64,000 nucleotides of DNA from Thermoplasmata archaeon (GCA_022749935.1 JAKIWQ010000002.1:2480-66479), one strand, 5' to 3'; numbered from the stretch's first letter, positions 45,460-55,812 are shown. Numbers and translations are program-made. Notes: generated by a model not told the origin, from the sequence alone.

Positions 45460-46726
45460 CGAGGTCCTCCGGAGCGGGCGGGTACCCGAGTCGCCACAGC
45501 GCACGCGGTCCGAGGAAAGCGAATCCGGCCACGAGCCAGACGGCGCCGGCGACGAGGTACGTCATCCGAGCCCCCCAGAACCCGATCAAGAGCGCTCCGC
45601 CGATCTCGGCGGCGGGTAGGATGGCGATCGAGCCGAGGGCGTCGATCCCGTAGTACCGACCTTGCATCTCGGTCGGAACGAGCAGCTGGGCGGCGGTGAG
45701 CCAGGCCGTCCCCGCGAACCCCCCGAGCGTGCCGAGACAGAACAGGATGAGGATCGCGACCGGTGCGGAGGGGGCGACGGCGAGCACGACCGCCAAGGCC
45801 CCGGAGACCACTCCGTACGGGATGGTCCAGGCGCGACCGGCCCACCGGGCCGCTCCCGTTCGGCCGACGAGCAGCGACCCGATGGCGCCCCCCGCGACCT
45901 CGGCGGCGAGCAGGCCCGCGAAGAGCAGGGCCGAACCGTGGAGGACGACGGCGGCAAAAATCACGAGGAAGGTGCCGACGATGTTGGCACAGAAGTTGAA
46001 GAACGTGGCCGAGAGGGTCAGCTGGAAGAACCCCTTGGCCTGGTACAGCCACCGGAAGCCGGCCGAGACATCGGCGAAATACGCTCGGGCCCCGCCGACT
46101 TCCGAGGTCGCCGCCCGACGGGGAGATTCCACGACCATCCCCGTGAGCAGGGCGGCCGAGACGAGGAAGGTCACCACGTTGAGTCCGATCCCGACGAGGG
46201 GTCCCAGGGTGATGATGAGAACCCCGCCGACCGAGGCACCGAGGAACTGGAGGGTGGATCGGCTGGAGCGCACCAGGCCGTTCGCGTCGGCGACCAGTTC
46301 GGCGCTCACCAGCGAGGGCACGACCGCTTGCTCGGCCGGGTTGAACATTGTGGTGAAGGCGCCGATGACGATGTTGGCTCCGAGGATCACGAACAGGTCG
46401 AACCCCCAGAGCGCCAGGTCGACGACCACCGCGCCGACCGCCGCCGCCCGCGCCACGTCGGAGAGGACCATCAGCCGTCGACGGTCGTACCGGTCGACCA
46501 GGGTCCCGCCGAACACACTGAAGCACATCGCCGAGAGGAGGAACGCGGTCCCGAGGTAGGCGATGTCCAGAGCCGAGTGGGTATCGGCCCAGACCAGCCA
46601 GACGAGACAGATGCCCGCGACGGCCGACCCGAGCGTAGAGCCGAGCCCGGCGGAGAATACCCTCACGTACCCCGGATTCCTAAACAGGAGCGAGTACCTC
46701 CCTCGCCCGTCGACGTCTGCGCTCAT
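45392..46726 (-). CDS. MFS transporter
   Basis: 12 TM segments and the motif GGTLVDRYDRRRLM. The 3' end overlaps the convergent uppS by 68 nt. Confidence 0.85.
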   Translation of the reverse strand: MSADVDGRGRYSLLFRNPGYVRVFSAGLGSTLGSAVAGICLVWLVWADTHSALDIAYLGTAFLLSAMCFSVFGGTLVDRYDRRRLMVLSDVARAAAVGAVVVDLALWGFDLFVILGANIVIGAFTTMFNPAEQAVVPSLVSAELVADANGLVRSSRSTLQFLGASVGGVLIITLGPLVGIGLNVVTFLVSAALLTGMVVESPRRAATSEVGGARAYFADVSAGFRWLYQAKGFFQLTLSATFFNFCANIVGTFLVIFAAVVLHGSALLFAGLLAAEVAGGAIGSLLVGRTGAARWAGRAWTIPYGVVSGALAVVLAVAPSAPVAILILFCLGTLGGFAGTAWLTAAQLLVPTEMQGRYYGIDALGSIAILPAAEIGGALLIGFWGARMTYLVAGAVWLVAGFAFLGPRALWRLGYPPAPEDLASYRSAASVADTSRSPSGILSD

Positions 46727-46878
46727 CGCCCCCTCGGAAGTGTGGACGGACAGCGCTCAGCATGACCGGGCGAAGTACCTTTGCCCGGGCGTGCGGGCGT
46801 ACTCCCGGTTCGAGGTTCGGCCCCCGTTTCCGAGCTGGGTACACTCGAAAGTGGTCGGCAGTATTAAATAGAACCGCA

Positions 46879-46884
46879 TTTATA
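46879..46884 (+). promoter_or_regulatory. Thermosome promoter TATA box (TTTATA) with a downstream palindrome CCGAG-agta-CTCGG (46898-46911)
   Basis: AT-rich box 41 nt before ATG 46926. A second AT-rich block ATTAAATA lies at 46863-46870. GAGG lies 9 nt before the ATG. Confidence 0.45.
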
Positions 46885-46925
46885 CCAAAACTGACATCCG
46901 AGAGTACTCGGACGAGGAAAAAAAC

Positions 46926-48599
46926 ATGATGAGTGGACAGACGCCGATCTTGGTGCTACGAGAAGGAACACGTCGGGAGAAGGGCAAAGGGGCCCTCTCG
47001 AACAATATCCAAGCCGCCAAGGCGATCGCCGATGCGGTCCGTTCGACCCTCGGCCCCCGCGGCCTCGACAAGATGCTCGTCGATTCGATGGGCGACGTGG
47101 TCGTCACGAACGACGGGGTCACGATCCTCAAAGAGATGGACGTCGAGCACCCGGCGGCCAAGATGTTGGTCGAGGTCGCCAAGACCCAGGACCAGGAAGC
47201 CGGGGACGGGACGACCACCGCGGTCGTGCTCGCCGGTGAGCTCCTGAAGCGCGCCGAGACCCTCATCGATCAGAACATCCACCCCACGATCATCTCGCAG
47301 GGCTACCGCCTCGCGAGCACGAAGGCGCTCACCATCCTCCAGCAGATCAGCCAGCCGGTCGCGCCCAACGACCACGATACCCTGCTGCAGATCGCGGTCA
47401 CCTCGATGGCCTCGAAGGCGGTCTCGTTCAACCGGGAAATGCTCGGGGAGATCGCGGTCAAGGCGGTCACCGCCGTCGCAGAGAAAAAGGGCGAGGGACA
47501 CTACGTGGACCTCGACAACATCCAGATCGTAAAGAAGCAGGGCGGCTCCATGACCGACACGAGCCTCATCGAAGGGGTCATCGTCGACAAGGAGAAGGTC
47601 CACTCCGGGATGCCGACACGGGTCGAGAACCCGAAGATCGCGCTCCTGGACGCGGCGCTCGAGATCAAGAAGACCGAGATCGACGCCAAGATCGAGATCA
47701 ACGAACCCTCCCAGCTGAACGCGTTCCTCCAGGAGGAGGAGAACATGCTCCGGCGGATGGTCGACCAGGTGAAGAAGTCGGGTGCCAACGTCGTCCTCTG
47801 TCAGAAGGGGATCGACGACCTCGCCCAGCACTTCCTCGCCAAGGAAGGGATCTACGCGGTGCGCCGCGTCAAGAAGTCCGACATGGAGAAGCTTGCCAAA
47901 GCCACCGGGGCGTCCATCGTCTCGAAGGTCAGCGAGCTCACCCCCGAGGACGTCGGGACAGCCGGACTCGTTGAGGAGCGGAAGATTGGGGAGGACTCCC
48001 TGACGTTCGTCACGGGCGCCAAGAAGGCGAAGGCCGTGTCGGTGCTCATTCGCGGCGGGACGGAGCACGTGCTGGACGAGGTCGAGCGGTCGCTCGATGA
48101 CGCCCTCAACGTGGTCGCGGTCGCCGTCGAGGACGGACGATACGTCTACGGAGGCGGCGCGACCGCCGCCGAGCTCGCTCTCCAGTTGCGCGACGAGGCG
48201 GCGAAGATCGGCGGACGGGAGCAGATCGCCTACGAGGCGTTCGCGGAGGCTCTCGAGACCATCCCCCGGACCCTGGCCGAGAACGCGGGACTCGACCCGA
48301 TCGACATCCTGATCGACCTGAGAAAGTCGCACAAGGGCGGGCACAAGCACGCCGGTGTGAACATCACCACGGGCAAGGTGTCGGACATGGCCGAGCTGCA
48401 CGTCATCGAACCCATCCGGGTCGGTCGCCAAGCGATCCAGAGCGCCACAGACGCCGCGGTGATGATCCTACGGATCGACGACGTCATCGCGTCCAAGTCG
48501 AGCCCACCTCCCTCCGGCGGCGGCGGTGGCCCCGGCGGCGGCATGGGTGGTATGGGCGGCATGGGCGGGATGGGCGGCGGCGACTTCGGCGACGACTGA
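46926..48599 (+). CDS. thsA: Thermosome subunit (group II chaperonin)
   Basis: [17 protein letters not shown], and the [18 protein letters not shown]-binding motif. The C-terminal tail is [20 protein letters not shown]. Confidence 0.95.
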   Translation: MMSGQTPILVLREGTRREKGKGALSNNIQAAKAIADAVRSTLGPRGLDKMLVDSMGDVVVTNDGVTILKEMDVEHPAAKMLVEVAKTQDQEAGDGTTTAVVLAGELLKRAETLIDQNIHPTIISQGYRLASTKALTILQQISQPVAPNDHDTLLQIAVTSMASKAVSFNREMLGEIAVKAVTAVAEKKGEGHYVDLDNIQIVKKQGGSMTDTSLIEGVIVDKEKVHSGMPTRVENPKIALLDAALEIKKTEIDAKIEINEPSQLNAFLQEEENMLRRMVDQVKKSGANVVLCQKGIDDLAQHFLAKEGIYAVRRVKKSDMEKLAKATGASIVSKVSELTPEDVGTAGLVEERKIGEDSLTFVTGAKKAKAVSVLIRGGTEHVLDEVERSLDDALNVVAVAVEDGRYVYGGGATAAELALQLRDEAAKIGGREQIAYEAFAEALETIPRTLAENAGLDPIDILIDLRKSHKGGHKHAGVNITTGKVSDMAELHVIEPIRVGRQAIQSATDAAVMILRIDDVIASKSSPPPSGGGGGPGGGMGGMGGMGGMGGGDFGDD

Positions 48600-48675
48600 A
48601 GTCGAACCGCCCACCCGCGCCAACCCTTTCCGGTTCCCCGGGGCGTACCCGGGGGACCCGAGTGTTCGCTCTAAT

Positions 48676-49245
48676 TCAGGTCGGGCGACCGACCAGGAAC
48701 TTTCCGACCTTCCGCATCGCCCGGGCACGGTGTGAGATCCCGTTCTTTTCCTCCGGCGTGGCTTCCGCAAACGTCCGTTTCCATCCGCGCGGAAGAAAGA
48801 TGGGATCGTAGCCGAACCCTCCGTGACCGGCCGGCCGGCGAGCGACGGTTCCCCGGACCTCGCCGACGAAGAGCCACTCGGACCGGCCGCGCCGGAGGCC
48901 AGCGACCGTACGGAAATACGCCTCCCGCGGACGGGAGCGCAGGAGCTCGAGGATCGGCGTGAATCCCCAGGCCTCGAGAACGTGGGCCGAGTAGACCCCG
49001 GGGAATCCGTTCAGGGACGGGATAAAGAATCCGGAGTCCTCCACGAGGACGTACCCCGCCCATCCCTCCACCTCATGAAGTTTGGCTCGGACCACCTCCT
49101 CGAGACGGGCGGCCTGCGGTTCGATGAATTCCTTCCGCCTCCAACGGAGGGTGACCCCGTAGGGACGCAGTGTCTCGCGAGTCTCCGGGACCTTGCCCGC
49201 GTTGCGACTGACGAAGGTGACGGACCGGGGCCGGGCGCTCACCAC
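48676..49245 (-). CDS. rdgB: Non-canonical purine NTP pyrophosphatase (HAM1/RdgB/ITPase)
   Basis: VTFVSRNAGKV.E, EDSGFFIPSLNGFPGVYSA, GFGYDPIF, and the FAE...EKN.ISHRA C-terminal motif. The GTG-GTG start overlaps the nitroreductase stop (GTGGTGA). The rest of the 559-aa track ORF is a shadow frame. Confidence 0.85.
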   Translation of the reverse strand: MVSARPRSVTFVSRNAGKVPETRETLRPYGVTLRWRRKEFIEPQAARLEEVVRAKLHEVEGWAGYVLVEDSGFFIPSLNGFPGVYSAHVLEAWGFTPILELLRSRPREAYFRTVAGLRRGRSEWLFVGEVRGTVARRPAGHGGFGYDPIFLPRGWKRTFAEATPEEKNGISHRARAMRKVGKFLVGRPT

Positions 49246-49775
49246 GAGTATTCGTTGTACGCGATGATCTCGTCCGGACTCTTGCGACCGTCGGGGGGGG
49301 CCCGAGCGCTTCCGTTCGCGTCGGCCGGATATCCGATCGGCAGGAGTCCGAGCGGGTGGACCCCGTCCGGAATGGCCAGGACCGTGCGGACCTTTTCGTC
49401 GTTGAACTCGATGATCCAGTTCGTCCCGAGACCCTCCGCCGTCGCCGCGAGCTGGAGATGGCTGACTGCCACGGCCACGTCGAGCGGGTAGGCGGAGATG
49501 TACCCCCCGATGGTCGCCGGCATGTCCTCCTCGACGGCGAGCGCGACGATCACCGTCGGGGCTTCCGCGATGAGACGACCCCGGTTCGAGGCCTGGGCGA
49601 GCAGGCGCTTGCGCTCGTCGTCCTGGACGACCACGAAGCGCCAGGGCTGGAGGTTCCGGTGACTCGGAGCGAGTCGGGCCGCCCCGAGGATCTTCTTGAG
49701 CGTCTCGGGCGAGATCGGGCGGGAGGCGTACTCCACGCATGGGCGATAGGAGCGGATTGCCTCGAGAACGTCCAT
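49239..49775 (-). CDS. Nitroreductase-family protein
   Basis: RSYR.....PI..E.L..IL.AARLAPS..N.QPWRFVVV pattern, 178 aa. Confidence 0.85.
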   Translation of the reverse strand: MDVLEAIRSYRPCVEYASRPISPETLKKILGAARLAPSHRNLQPWRFVVVQDDERKRLLAQASNRGRLIAEAPTVIVALAVEEDMPATIGGYISAYPLDVAVAVSHLQLAATAEGLGTNWIIEFNDEKVRTVLAIPDGVHPLGLLPIGYPADANGSARAPPDGRKSPDEIIAYNEYSW

Positions 49776-49871
49776 GGTGTCGGTCGGAACAAATGTCCCG
49801 GCTCAGCCGGACACGGGGGCGAGGTTTCCCCTCGCAGTTCGAGGCATCTTTCCGGACGAGGCCGGGGGTGG

Positions 49872-50330
49872 TTAAAAAGGGTTCTTTATTCGCAAGTTGC
49901 GTTTCCGCAACGCCGAACGCCGCCGGGGGGGTGCCTTCTTCGCCACCGGCTCGTAGAACTCGATCCAGTTGCCGTCGGGGTCGCGCACGTAAACGAGCCG
50001 TTGTTCGGTTCCCATGAAGTCGGCCACGATTGGGAGCCGCCGCCGTCGGAGGTAGCGAACCCAGGCCACGATGTCGTCGACCTCGACCCCGAAGTGGTCG
50101 AACTCTGTGCCGGCGCGAAAGGGTTCGTAGAACTGATTCGTCGTCGGATAGAAGTTCAGCTCGAGGGCGTGTCGTCCTCCGGGCATGGCCAGTTCCACCC
50201 AGAGGCCTCCGTGCTCCATCGAGCCTCGACTCGTGACCCTCAACCCGAGCTTCTCGTAGAACCGGATCGACCGGGAGAGGTCCTGGACCCTCAATCCCGA
50301 GTAGACCCATCTCGTGCGCGGAGCCGGCAT
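49872..50330 (-). CDS. VOC/glyoxalase-family protein
   Basis: Paired beta-alpha-beta-beta-beta modules (RVQDLSRSIRFYEKLGLRV...HFGVEVDDI..., RDPDGNWIEFY). Confidence 0.8.
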   Translation of the reverse strand: MPAPRTRWVYSGLRVQDLSRSIRFYEKLGLRVTSRGSMEHGGLWVELAMPGGRHALELNFYPTTNQFYEPFRAGTEFDHFGVEVDDIVAWVRYLRRRRLPIVADFMGTEQRLVYVRDPDGNWIEFYEPVAKKAPPRRRSALRKRNLRIKNPF

Positions 50331-50439
50331 TGCCTCCGTGTAGGAGGAGGGGCACTTAATCGCCGACCCGTCGGGGACGGCCGGCGAGGCACGGAGAACG
50401 ACCGCTCGCCTGGAATACCTCTTCTCCGACGGGTTCCCC

Positions 50440-51750
50440 TCACTCGGGGGGGACTCGAAGGAGTTCTGGACCGCGGACCCGGGTTGGCGTTGGGACGCGC
50501 AGCAAACGCCAGGCGACGACGCCCGCGAGAACGTACCCGATGCCTTGAATCTCGAGCACGGGAATGACTCCGACCGAACCGGAAAGCACGCTAGCGAGGA
50601 TGATTCCGCCCAACGCAGTGGACGAACCGGTCATGGCCGCGGCTCCGAGGAACCTGCCCCGATGCGAGTCCGGAACCGCGGTTTGCCGGAGAGAGGAGAA
50701 GACGCTGATGAGAGCCGCTCCGGGAAGTCCGACGATTCCCACGAGGACGAACGCGAGCCCGATCCCCGCGAGGACGAGCGGATAGGTGAAGATCGCGATG
50801 TCGATCACGCCGAAGACGACCGCCGTGATCGGCAGCACCGTCGTGGGGGCCCACTTCCCCCCGTACCGGGCAACTAGGAGTCCGCCGACGATTCCACCGA
50901 CGGCTTGGATGGCCGAGAACCAGCCGTAGTCCGGACCGTTCCCGTGGAGTACGGCCACGATGAACGGGACGACGAGCGCCCCGAACACGCCCTCCCCGAA
51001 GCTGGTGATCGCGGTGAAGACGAGGACGACCCGGCCCCGGAGCGTTTCGAGGGAGATTCGGAGCCCGTCGCGCCATTCCGCTCCGACCTTGCGAAGCGAC
51101 CGGACGATCCCACGGACCACCCCCTTCCCCGCGTCGGCCAGCACGGTGGGCCGGGCCGCGATGAGGGTGAGGAGGAGCGCGGACGCAAGGAACGACGCGG
51201 AGTCGACGAGACTCACCCCCATGAGACCCCAGAACCCCACGACGAGGCCACCGCTCGCGGAGCCCACCAACCGGGAGGCTTGAAGGCCCGAGGAGTTCAA
51301 CGCGTTCGCCTCCACGAGGTGCTCTTCTCCGACCAAGGCGGGCAAGAGTGCGCCCTCCGCAGGGTTGAAGAATTGGGAGAGGCACGACTCCAGCACCGCG
51401 ACCCCATAGACGATCCAGAGCGCACTGGTCGTCTGGACGAACAGGAGGGGCAGGAGACCCGCCGCCAGCAGCAAGTCCATCACGATCATCGTCCACCGAC
51501 GGTCCCACCGATCGACAAAGACCCCGGCGAACGACGATAGGGCGATCTGGGGGCCGAGGAACGCCGCCAGAGTGAGGCCAGTGTCCAGCGTGGAACCCGT
51601 CAGCTCAAAGACGAAGAAGGGCAGCCCGATGGCGAGGACAAAGTCACCGGCGTTGGAGACGAGTCCGGCTACCCAGAGGAATTGGAAGTCCCGGTTCCCG
51701 AGAGCGCTGGAACGATGGCCCTCCGATGCGGGCGAGGTCGGGTCTTCCAT
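50440..51750 (-). CDS. MFS transporter
   Basis: 12 TM segments and the motif AGVFVDRWDRRWTM. Paralogous in style to 45392-46726. Confidence 0.85.
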   Translation of the reverse strand: MEDPTSPASEGHRSSALGNRDFQFLWVAGLVSNAGDFVLAIGLPFFVFELTGSTLDTGLTLAAFLGPQIALSSFAGVFVDRWDRRWTMIVMDLLLAAGLLPLLFVQTTSALWIVYGVAVLESCLSQFFNPAEGALLPALVGEEHLVEANALNSSGLQASRLVGSASGGLVVGFWGLMGVSLVDSASFLASALLLTLIAARPTVLADAGKGVVRGIVRSLRKVGAEWRDGLRISLETLRGRVVLVFTAITSFGEGVFGALVVPFIVAVLHGNGPDYGWFSAIQAVGGIVGGLLVARYGGKWAPTTVLPITAVVFGVIDIAIFTYPLVLAGIGLAFVLVGIVGLPGAALISVFSSLRQTAVPDSHRGRFLGAAAMTGSSTALGGIILASVLSGSVGVIPVLEIQGIGYVLAGVVAWRLLRVPTPTRVRGPELLRVPPE

Positions 51751-51970
51751 CCTGTCGACGGGAAGAGGGGGTCCCCTGAAAGGGTGGGACGCACCAGGAG
51801 CGATTACATCGAGTGACGGTTCCGGAGTCCTCCCGGCCCCGTTTCAGCCCCGCCCCCGGTGGACCGACGGTATCCACGGCGCGACCCGGAAGGATCCGTG
51901 GTTCCGCTCGATTGGTGAACCGGCGGGTGTGGCCCAGCGGTCCGCTCCCCGTCGGACGATTCGACCCGGA

Positions 51971-52756
51971 CTATGCGACGAGATATCCCCCGTCCACCAC
52001 GACCAGGGCGCCGGTCATGTAGGCGGAGAGTGGCGTCGCCAGAAAGAGGGCTACCCGCGCGATCTCGTCGGGGGTACCCATGCGATGCATCGGGATCCGT
52101 TGCAGGAAGGCTTCCGCGAGGTTGGAAGCGAGGGGGACGGACCCCCCCATCGCCGACCTCGCCCCCGGAGTGTCGATCCCTCCCGGGACGACCGCATTCA
52201 CCCGGATCTTCAGGGGTGCAAATTCGACGGCGAGGGAGCGGGTTAGCATGACCAGGGCGGCCTTGGAGGCGTCGTTGTGAGCGTGCCCTCCGGTGGGGCG
52301 GAATGCATCCACCGACGCGACGTTCACTACGGCGCCGGTGCCTGAACTACGGAGGTATCTGGCCGCCGCGGTGGTGAGAAAGAACGCCCCTCGCAGGTTG
52401 ATGGAGAGGACTCGGTCCCACAGCTCCGGAGTCGTATCGACTGCCGGAGAGAACGGGAAGACGCCCGCGTTGTTGACGAGTAGGTCGAGCCCCCCGAACC
52501 CGTGGGTCACGGCGTCGACGGCCGACCGGTGCTGCGCGAGGTCGGCCACGTCCATCTGAACGAACATCGCCCGTCCACCCTCCTCAACGATGCGACGCGC
52601 CACGGCGTTTCCGGCCGAGGCGTTCACGTCGCCGACCGCGACCGCTGCGCCCGCTCCGGCCAGCCGGAGGGCGATCGCCTCCCCGATGCCCATTCCGCCC
52701 CCGGTCACGAGGGCGACCTTTTCCCGAAGGTTCAAAAGGTCCGCATTCGGGTTCAT
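51971..52756 (-). CDS. Short-chain dehydrogenase/reductase (SDR), classical type
   Basis: TGGGMGIGEA (TGxxxGIG), NNAG, the catalytic S...Y-type region (HAHNDASKAA), and a PG motif. The ATG overlaps the DoxX stop (ATGA). Confidence 0.9.
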   Translation of the reverse strand: MNPNADLLNLREKVALVTGGGMGIGEAIALRLAGAGAAVAVGDVNASAGNAVARRIVEEGGRAMFVQMDVADLAQHRSAVDAVTHGFGGLDLLVNNAGVFPFSPAVDTTPELWDRVLSINLRGAFFLTTAAARYLRSSGTGAVVNVASVDAFRPTGGHAHNDASKAALVMLTRSLAVEFAPLKIRVNAVVPGGIDTPGARSAMGGSVPLASNLAEAFLQRIPMHRMGTPDEIARVALFLATPLSAYMTGALVVVDGGYLVA

Positions 52757-53337
52757 TCGACTCCGACCCCCGTAGGGGAGGTCGCCGAGCTGCCGTGCCG
52801 GGGTGACGACCGGAACTCAGCGATACGCTCCCACGAGATCCATCGCCGCTCGACGAGCGCGTCCAGACTCCACCGGCTCGGGCCAAAGGCCGAGTTGATG
52901 ACGATGAGTCCCACAAACACCAGGGCGTAAATGACCCCGGTCCCGACGTCGGTCCCCCCTCCGCCGGTCGCGTACGGCCCGCCGAAGCCTTCGGGGACCG
53001 CCCAGATGAGGAGACTGAGGACGACTCCTCCGAAGTAGGCGACCTTTCGCATAAACCCCACGATGAGGGCGAGGCCGAGCACCAACTCGAGGACCCCCAC
53101 TGTGTAGACGATGAGGGTTGGGTTGGCGTTGGCCTGGGGAATCCAGAAGCCGTACCACCCAGAAAGCCATCCGGGTGCGTTTCCGGACGCCGTCTGCACC
53201 GCGCCGGGAAAGCCGTCTACAAATCCGGAGGTAAACTTTAGGGCGCCGTCGATCACCCAGATGAGCCCGAAGAGGACCCGAAGGCTTGTCTTGACCGACT
53301 CGATGTGTCGTACCCACCAGTTCGCTTCGGTTGTCAT
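52753..53337 (-). CDS. DoxX-family membrane protein
   Basis: Four TM segments with the typical LRVLFGLIWVIDGALKF start. Confidence 0.8.
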   Translation of the reverse strand: MTTEANWWVRHIESVKTSLRVLFGLIWVIDGALKFTSGFVDGFPGAVQTASGNAPGWLSGWYGFWIPQANANPTLIVYTVGVLELVLGLALIVGFMRKVAYFGGVVLSLLIWAVPEGFGGPYATGGGGTDVGTGVIYALVFVGLIVINSAFGPSRWSLDALVERRWISWERIAEFRSSPRHGSSATSPTGVGVE

Positions 53338-53529
53338 GGTCGTTTCCTATCCCTGGGCCCGGAACCCCGAGGGGATTGGGCCCAGTCTTTCGAACGATCC
53401 TGGGTCCTTCTTGGTTGGGATGATTCTCGCCGGTGAGTCTCCCGATTGAGAACGCGGCGGCCCACTCCGGCCCACCCGAGGAGCAGTGCGGGCGTCGCCC
53501 TCGTCGAACCATAGGCTCTTGCGCCGGCA

Positions 53530-53970
53530 GTGTCTGGAGCGGATTCGGCAGGCACGGTCACGATGGATTCTGCACCGACCCCGCCACCGCCCGCCTCGAC
53601 GGCGACCCTCCGTTCGGTCCCGGTGTCCGAGCGGGGAATCCTGGCGGCGCTGGGGGATCCGGTCTCCCTCCGGGTCCTCGCGGCGCTCAGCCGGGGAGAG
53701 CGCGACGTGCATACGATCGTCGTGGAGACTGGTCTTCCGCAAAGTTCGGTCTACCGTAAACTCCACGAACTGGCGGATCACGGAATCGCATACGTCCCGC
53801 GTCTGGCGTTCACTCGCGAAGGGAGAAAGGTCGAGGTCTTCCGCGCACGGGTTCGGGAGGTTCGGGTCCTCCTCGCCGACGGCGCGGCCAAAGTGTCGGT
53901 CACGACCCGCCAGGACGCCGCCGATCGGCTGGACGAACTATGGCAGGACGTACGGAGATTCGGACGTTGA
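53530..53970 (+). CDS. ArsR-like winged-helix transcriptional regulator
   Basis: ILAALGDPVSLRVLAALSRGERDVHTIVVETGLPQSSVYRKLHELADHGI is the HTH core. Confidence 0.75.
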   Translation: MSGADSAGTVTMDSAPTPPPPASTATLRSVPVSERGILAALGDPVSLRVLAALSRGERDVHTIVVETGLPQSSVYRKLHELADHGIAYVPRLAFTREGRKVEVFRARVREVRVLLADGAAKVSVTTRQDAADRLDELWQDVRRFGR

Positions 53971-54296
53971 CCGACCCGATCTGGGTGCTCCGGGGATTGG
54001 AGGGAGCGGTGCTCATCCTCGGAGGGGGAATCGCGTACGCCAGCCTACGGGCCTACACGCGGACACGCCGCGCCTCGCTCGGGCTCCTCGGCATCGGCTT
54101 CGTGCTCGTCACCGTCGCGGCCGCCCTCGCCGGAGTCCTATACGAGTTCGTCACCCATGACCTGCTGACCGCATGGAGCGTCAGCGCGGCCTTTGACGGG
54201 GCGGGCTTCGGAGTGATTCTCTACTCCATTGTCCGACCCGTGACGATCTCAGCGCCACCCCCCGGCCCGGTCGACGAGAATCCGCCCAGTCCGTGA
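53940..54296 (+). CDS. Membrane protein (3-4 TM) overlapping the regulator gene's 3' end
   Basis: LEGAVLILGGGIAYASL, LLGIGFVLVTVAAALAGVL, and AAFDGAGFGVILYSIV helices. Resembles the small membrane partners found next to wHTH genes in other archaea. Confidence 0.6.
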   Translation: MAGRTEIRTLTDPIWVLRGLEGAVLILGGGIAYASLRAYTRTRRASLGLLGIGFVLVTVAAALAGVLYEFVTHDLLTAWSVSAAFDGAGFGVILYSIVRPVTISAPPPGPVDENPPSP

Positions 54297-54690
54297 GAAC
54301 CTGGGCCTGATTCCCCCGGAGGGACCCACCCGAGTCCCGCTCGACCCAACCCATGGGCGGGGGGGTGAGCCTCGGTAGGGTGGGGAGTCGTTCGCTCTCA
54401 AACCTGGGAATCGGGCCGGAGAATCGCCCCACCTTGGAAGTGGGGGGGGATGTTCCGAGTCCTCGCATGCAGCCCCCCGCTGGAGCCCAAGTGTGTCCGA
54501 AGTCGCCGGGCGAAAGCCCGAGCGACTTGAGAGTCGGTCGAAGGAATGTACGGCCGTATAGGGGGTGGAGCGACGGGGAGGCCCCGCCGGATCTCGTGCC
54601 CCGCGCTCGACGTACCCCGACGGTCCTCCGGCCGTTCAGGGCGACCCACGGCCCCCGGAAACGTATCGACCCGACGGCGGGGTGACGCCC

Positions 54691-55812
54691 ATGTCCGATC
54701 GCGCCGCAGAGGGCCAGACCCCGAAGGATCCACCCTCGGAGCATCGGTCCGCTCCCTGGTATCGGGCGAAAACGATCGACCTTCTCCGAATCGGGACGGG
54801 CCTCGTTTGGCTCGTCAACCTCGCCTTTATCGTTGACCCTGCGAACCAATACTGGAGCAGCTTCTCGAGGACGGCCCTGTCCTTCGCCCCCTCCACGCTT
54901 GGCGGGCCCGGCCTGGCTCAGTACGCCGCGGCCCACGCGCTCCTCTTCTCTTGGTCGATTGCCCTCCTTACGGGATATCTGGCCATCGCACTTCTTTTCG
55001 GTGTCACGACCCGGCTGGCCTGTTTCGTGGGCAGTTTCTTTTCGGCGATCCTCCTGGCGACCCAATTCGGGACTACCTTCCTGTTCCCGGGCGGAACCGA
55101 TGTGGGCGCCCATCCACTCTACATCTTGGTCTACGCGATTCTAGTTCTCGGAGGGGCCGGTGAATCCCTCTCCCTCGATCAGTGGATCCGCGCGGCTCTC
55201 GTAGCCCGCCGTCGGGCGAGGGCCTCGGCGGCTCGGCCTGCTCCGCGACCCTGGGCCTCCGCGATGTCGCTCCGGACGCTCTTCACGTTCTTTGTCGCCG
55301 GGACGTTCGTCTCACTGGCGATCGGTTTCGGGCTCGTCGTCGCGCTCCCCGTCGCGCCGGCATCTACCGGTTCCACCACCACCGGGCCGGTGCACTACGT
55401 GAACCTCACCGTGTCGATCGACCCGATGAACGGTTGGCCGCAATTCAGCCCCGCGAACTTCTCGGTTCCGGCCGGGCGGGTGGTGTTCACCATTCTGGAC
55501 CGTGACGCACCGATGAGCTGGGGAGGATGTCCCTGTCCCGTCCAGGGCACGGTAGGAGGCGTGGAACTCCTCAACGGATCTCCCATCGGAAGGGTGCCGG
55601 CGACCAACGTGGCCCATACGTTCAACATCTTCATCCTCGGGCTCCAAGTCCTGAGTCCCGGACAAAGCGTCGTCCAGTTCACCGTCGATTTCGTCCATCC
55701 CGGGGTGTACGCTTGGAGCTGTATCGCACCGTGCGGGACAGGGTCCAACCCCTACAACTCGCCACCCATGAACGTCCCCGGATTCATGACCGGCACGCTC
55801 ACGGTCACGTAG
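54691..55812 (+). CDS. Polytopic membrane protein (DoxX/DoxD-like N-terminal half) fused to a C-terminal cupredoxin-like domain
   Basis: ATG 54691. Five or six TM helices, then the beta-rich FSVPAGRVVFTILDRD...AHTFNI...GVYAWSCIAPCGTG...FMTGTLTV (C-x3-C-G ... M), reminiscent of CuA/cupredoxin loops. Confidence 0.6.
   Translation: MSDRAAEGQTPKDPPSEHRSAPWYRAKTIDLLRIGTGLVWLVNLAFIVDPANQYWSSFSRTALSFAPSTLGGPGLAQYAAAHALLFSWSIALLTGYLAIALLFGVTTRLACFVGSFFSAILLATQFGTTFLFPGGTDVGAHPLYILVYAILVLGGAGESLSLDQWIRAALVARRRARASAARPAPRPWASAMSLRTLFTFFVAGTFVSLAIGFGLVVALPVAPASTGSTTTGPVHYVNLTVSIDPMNGWPQFSPANFSVPAGRVVFTILDRDAPMSWGGCPCPVQGTVGGVELLNGSPIGRVPATNVAHTFNIFILGLQVLSPGQSVVQFTVDFVHPGVYAWSCIAPCGTGSNPYNSPPMNVPGFMTGTLTVT

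Noticed and set aside
48523-48596. GGC/ATG-rich short tandem repeat at the end of the thermosome gene
   Set aside because: It encodes the normal GGM-repeat C-terminal tail of group II chaperonins and is not an independent repeat element.
48676-50355. 559-aa track ORF spanning the ITPase, nitroreductase and glyoxalase loci
   Set aside because: Only the C-terminal ~189 codons (48676-49245) carry HAM1/RdgB motifs. The rest overlaps two well-supported genes in other frames.
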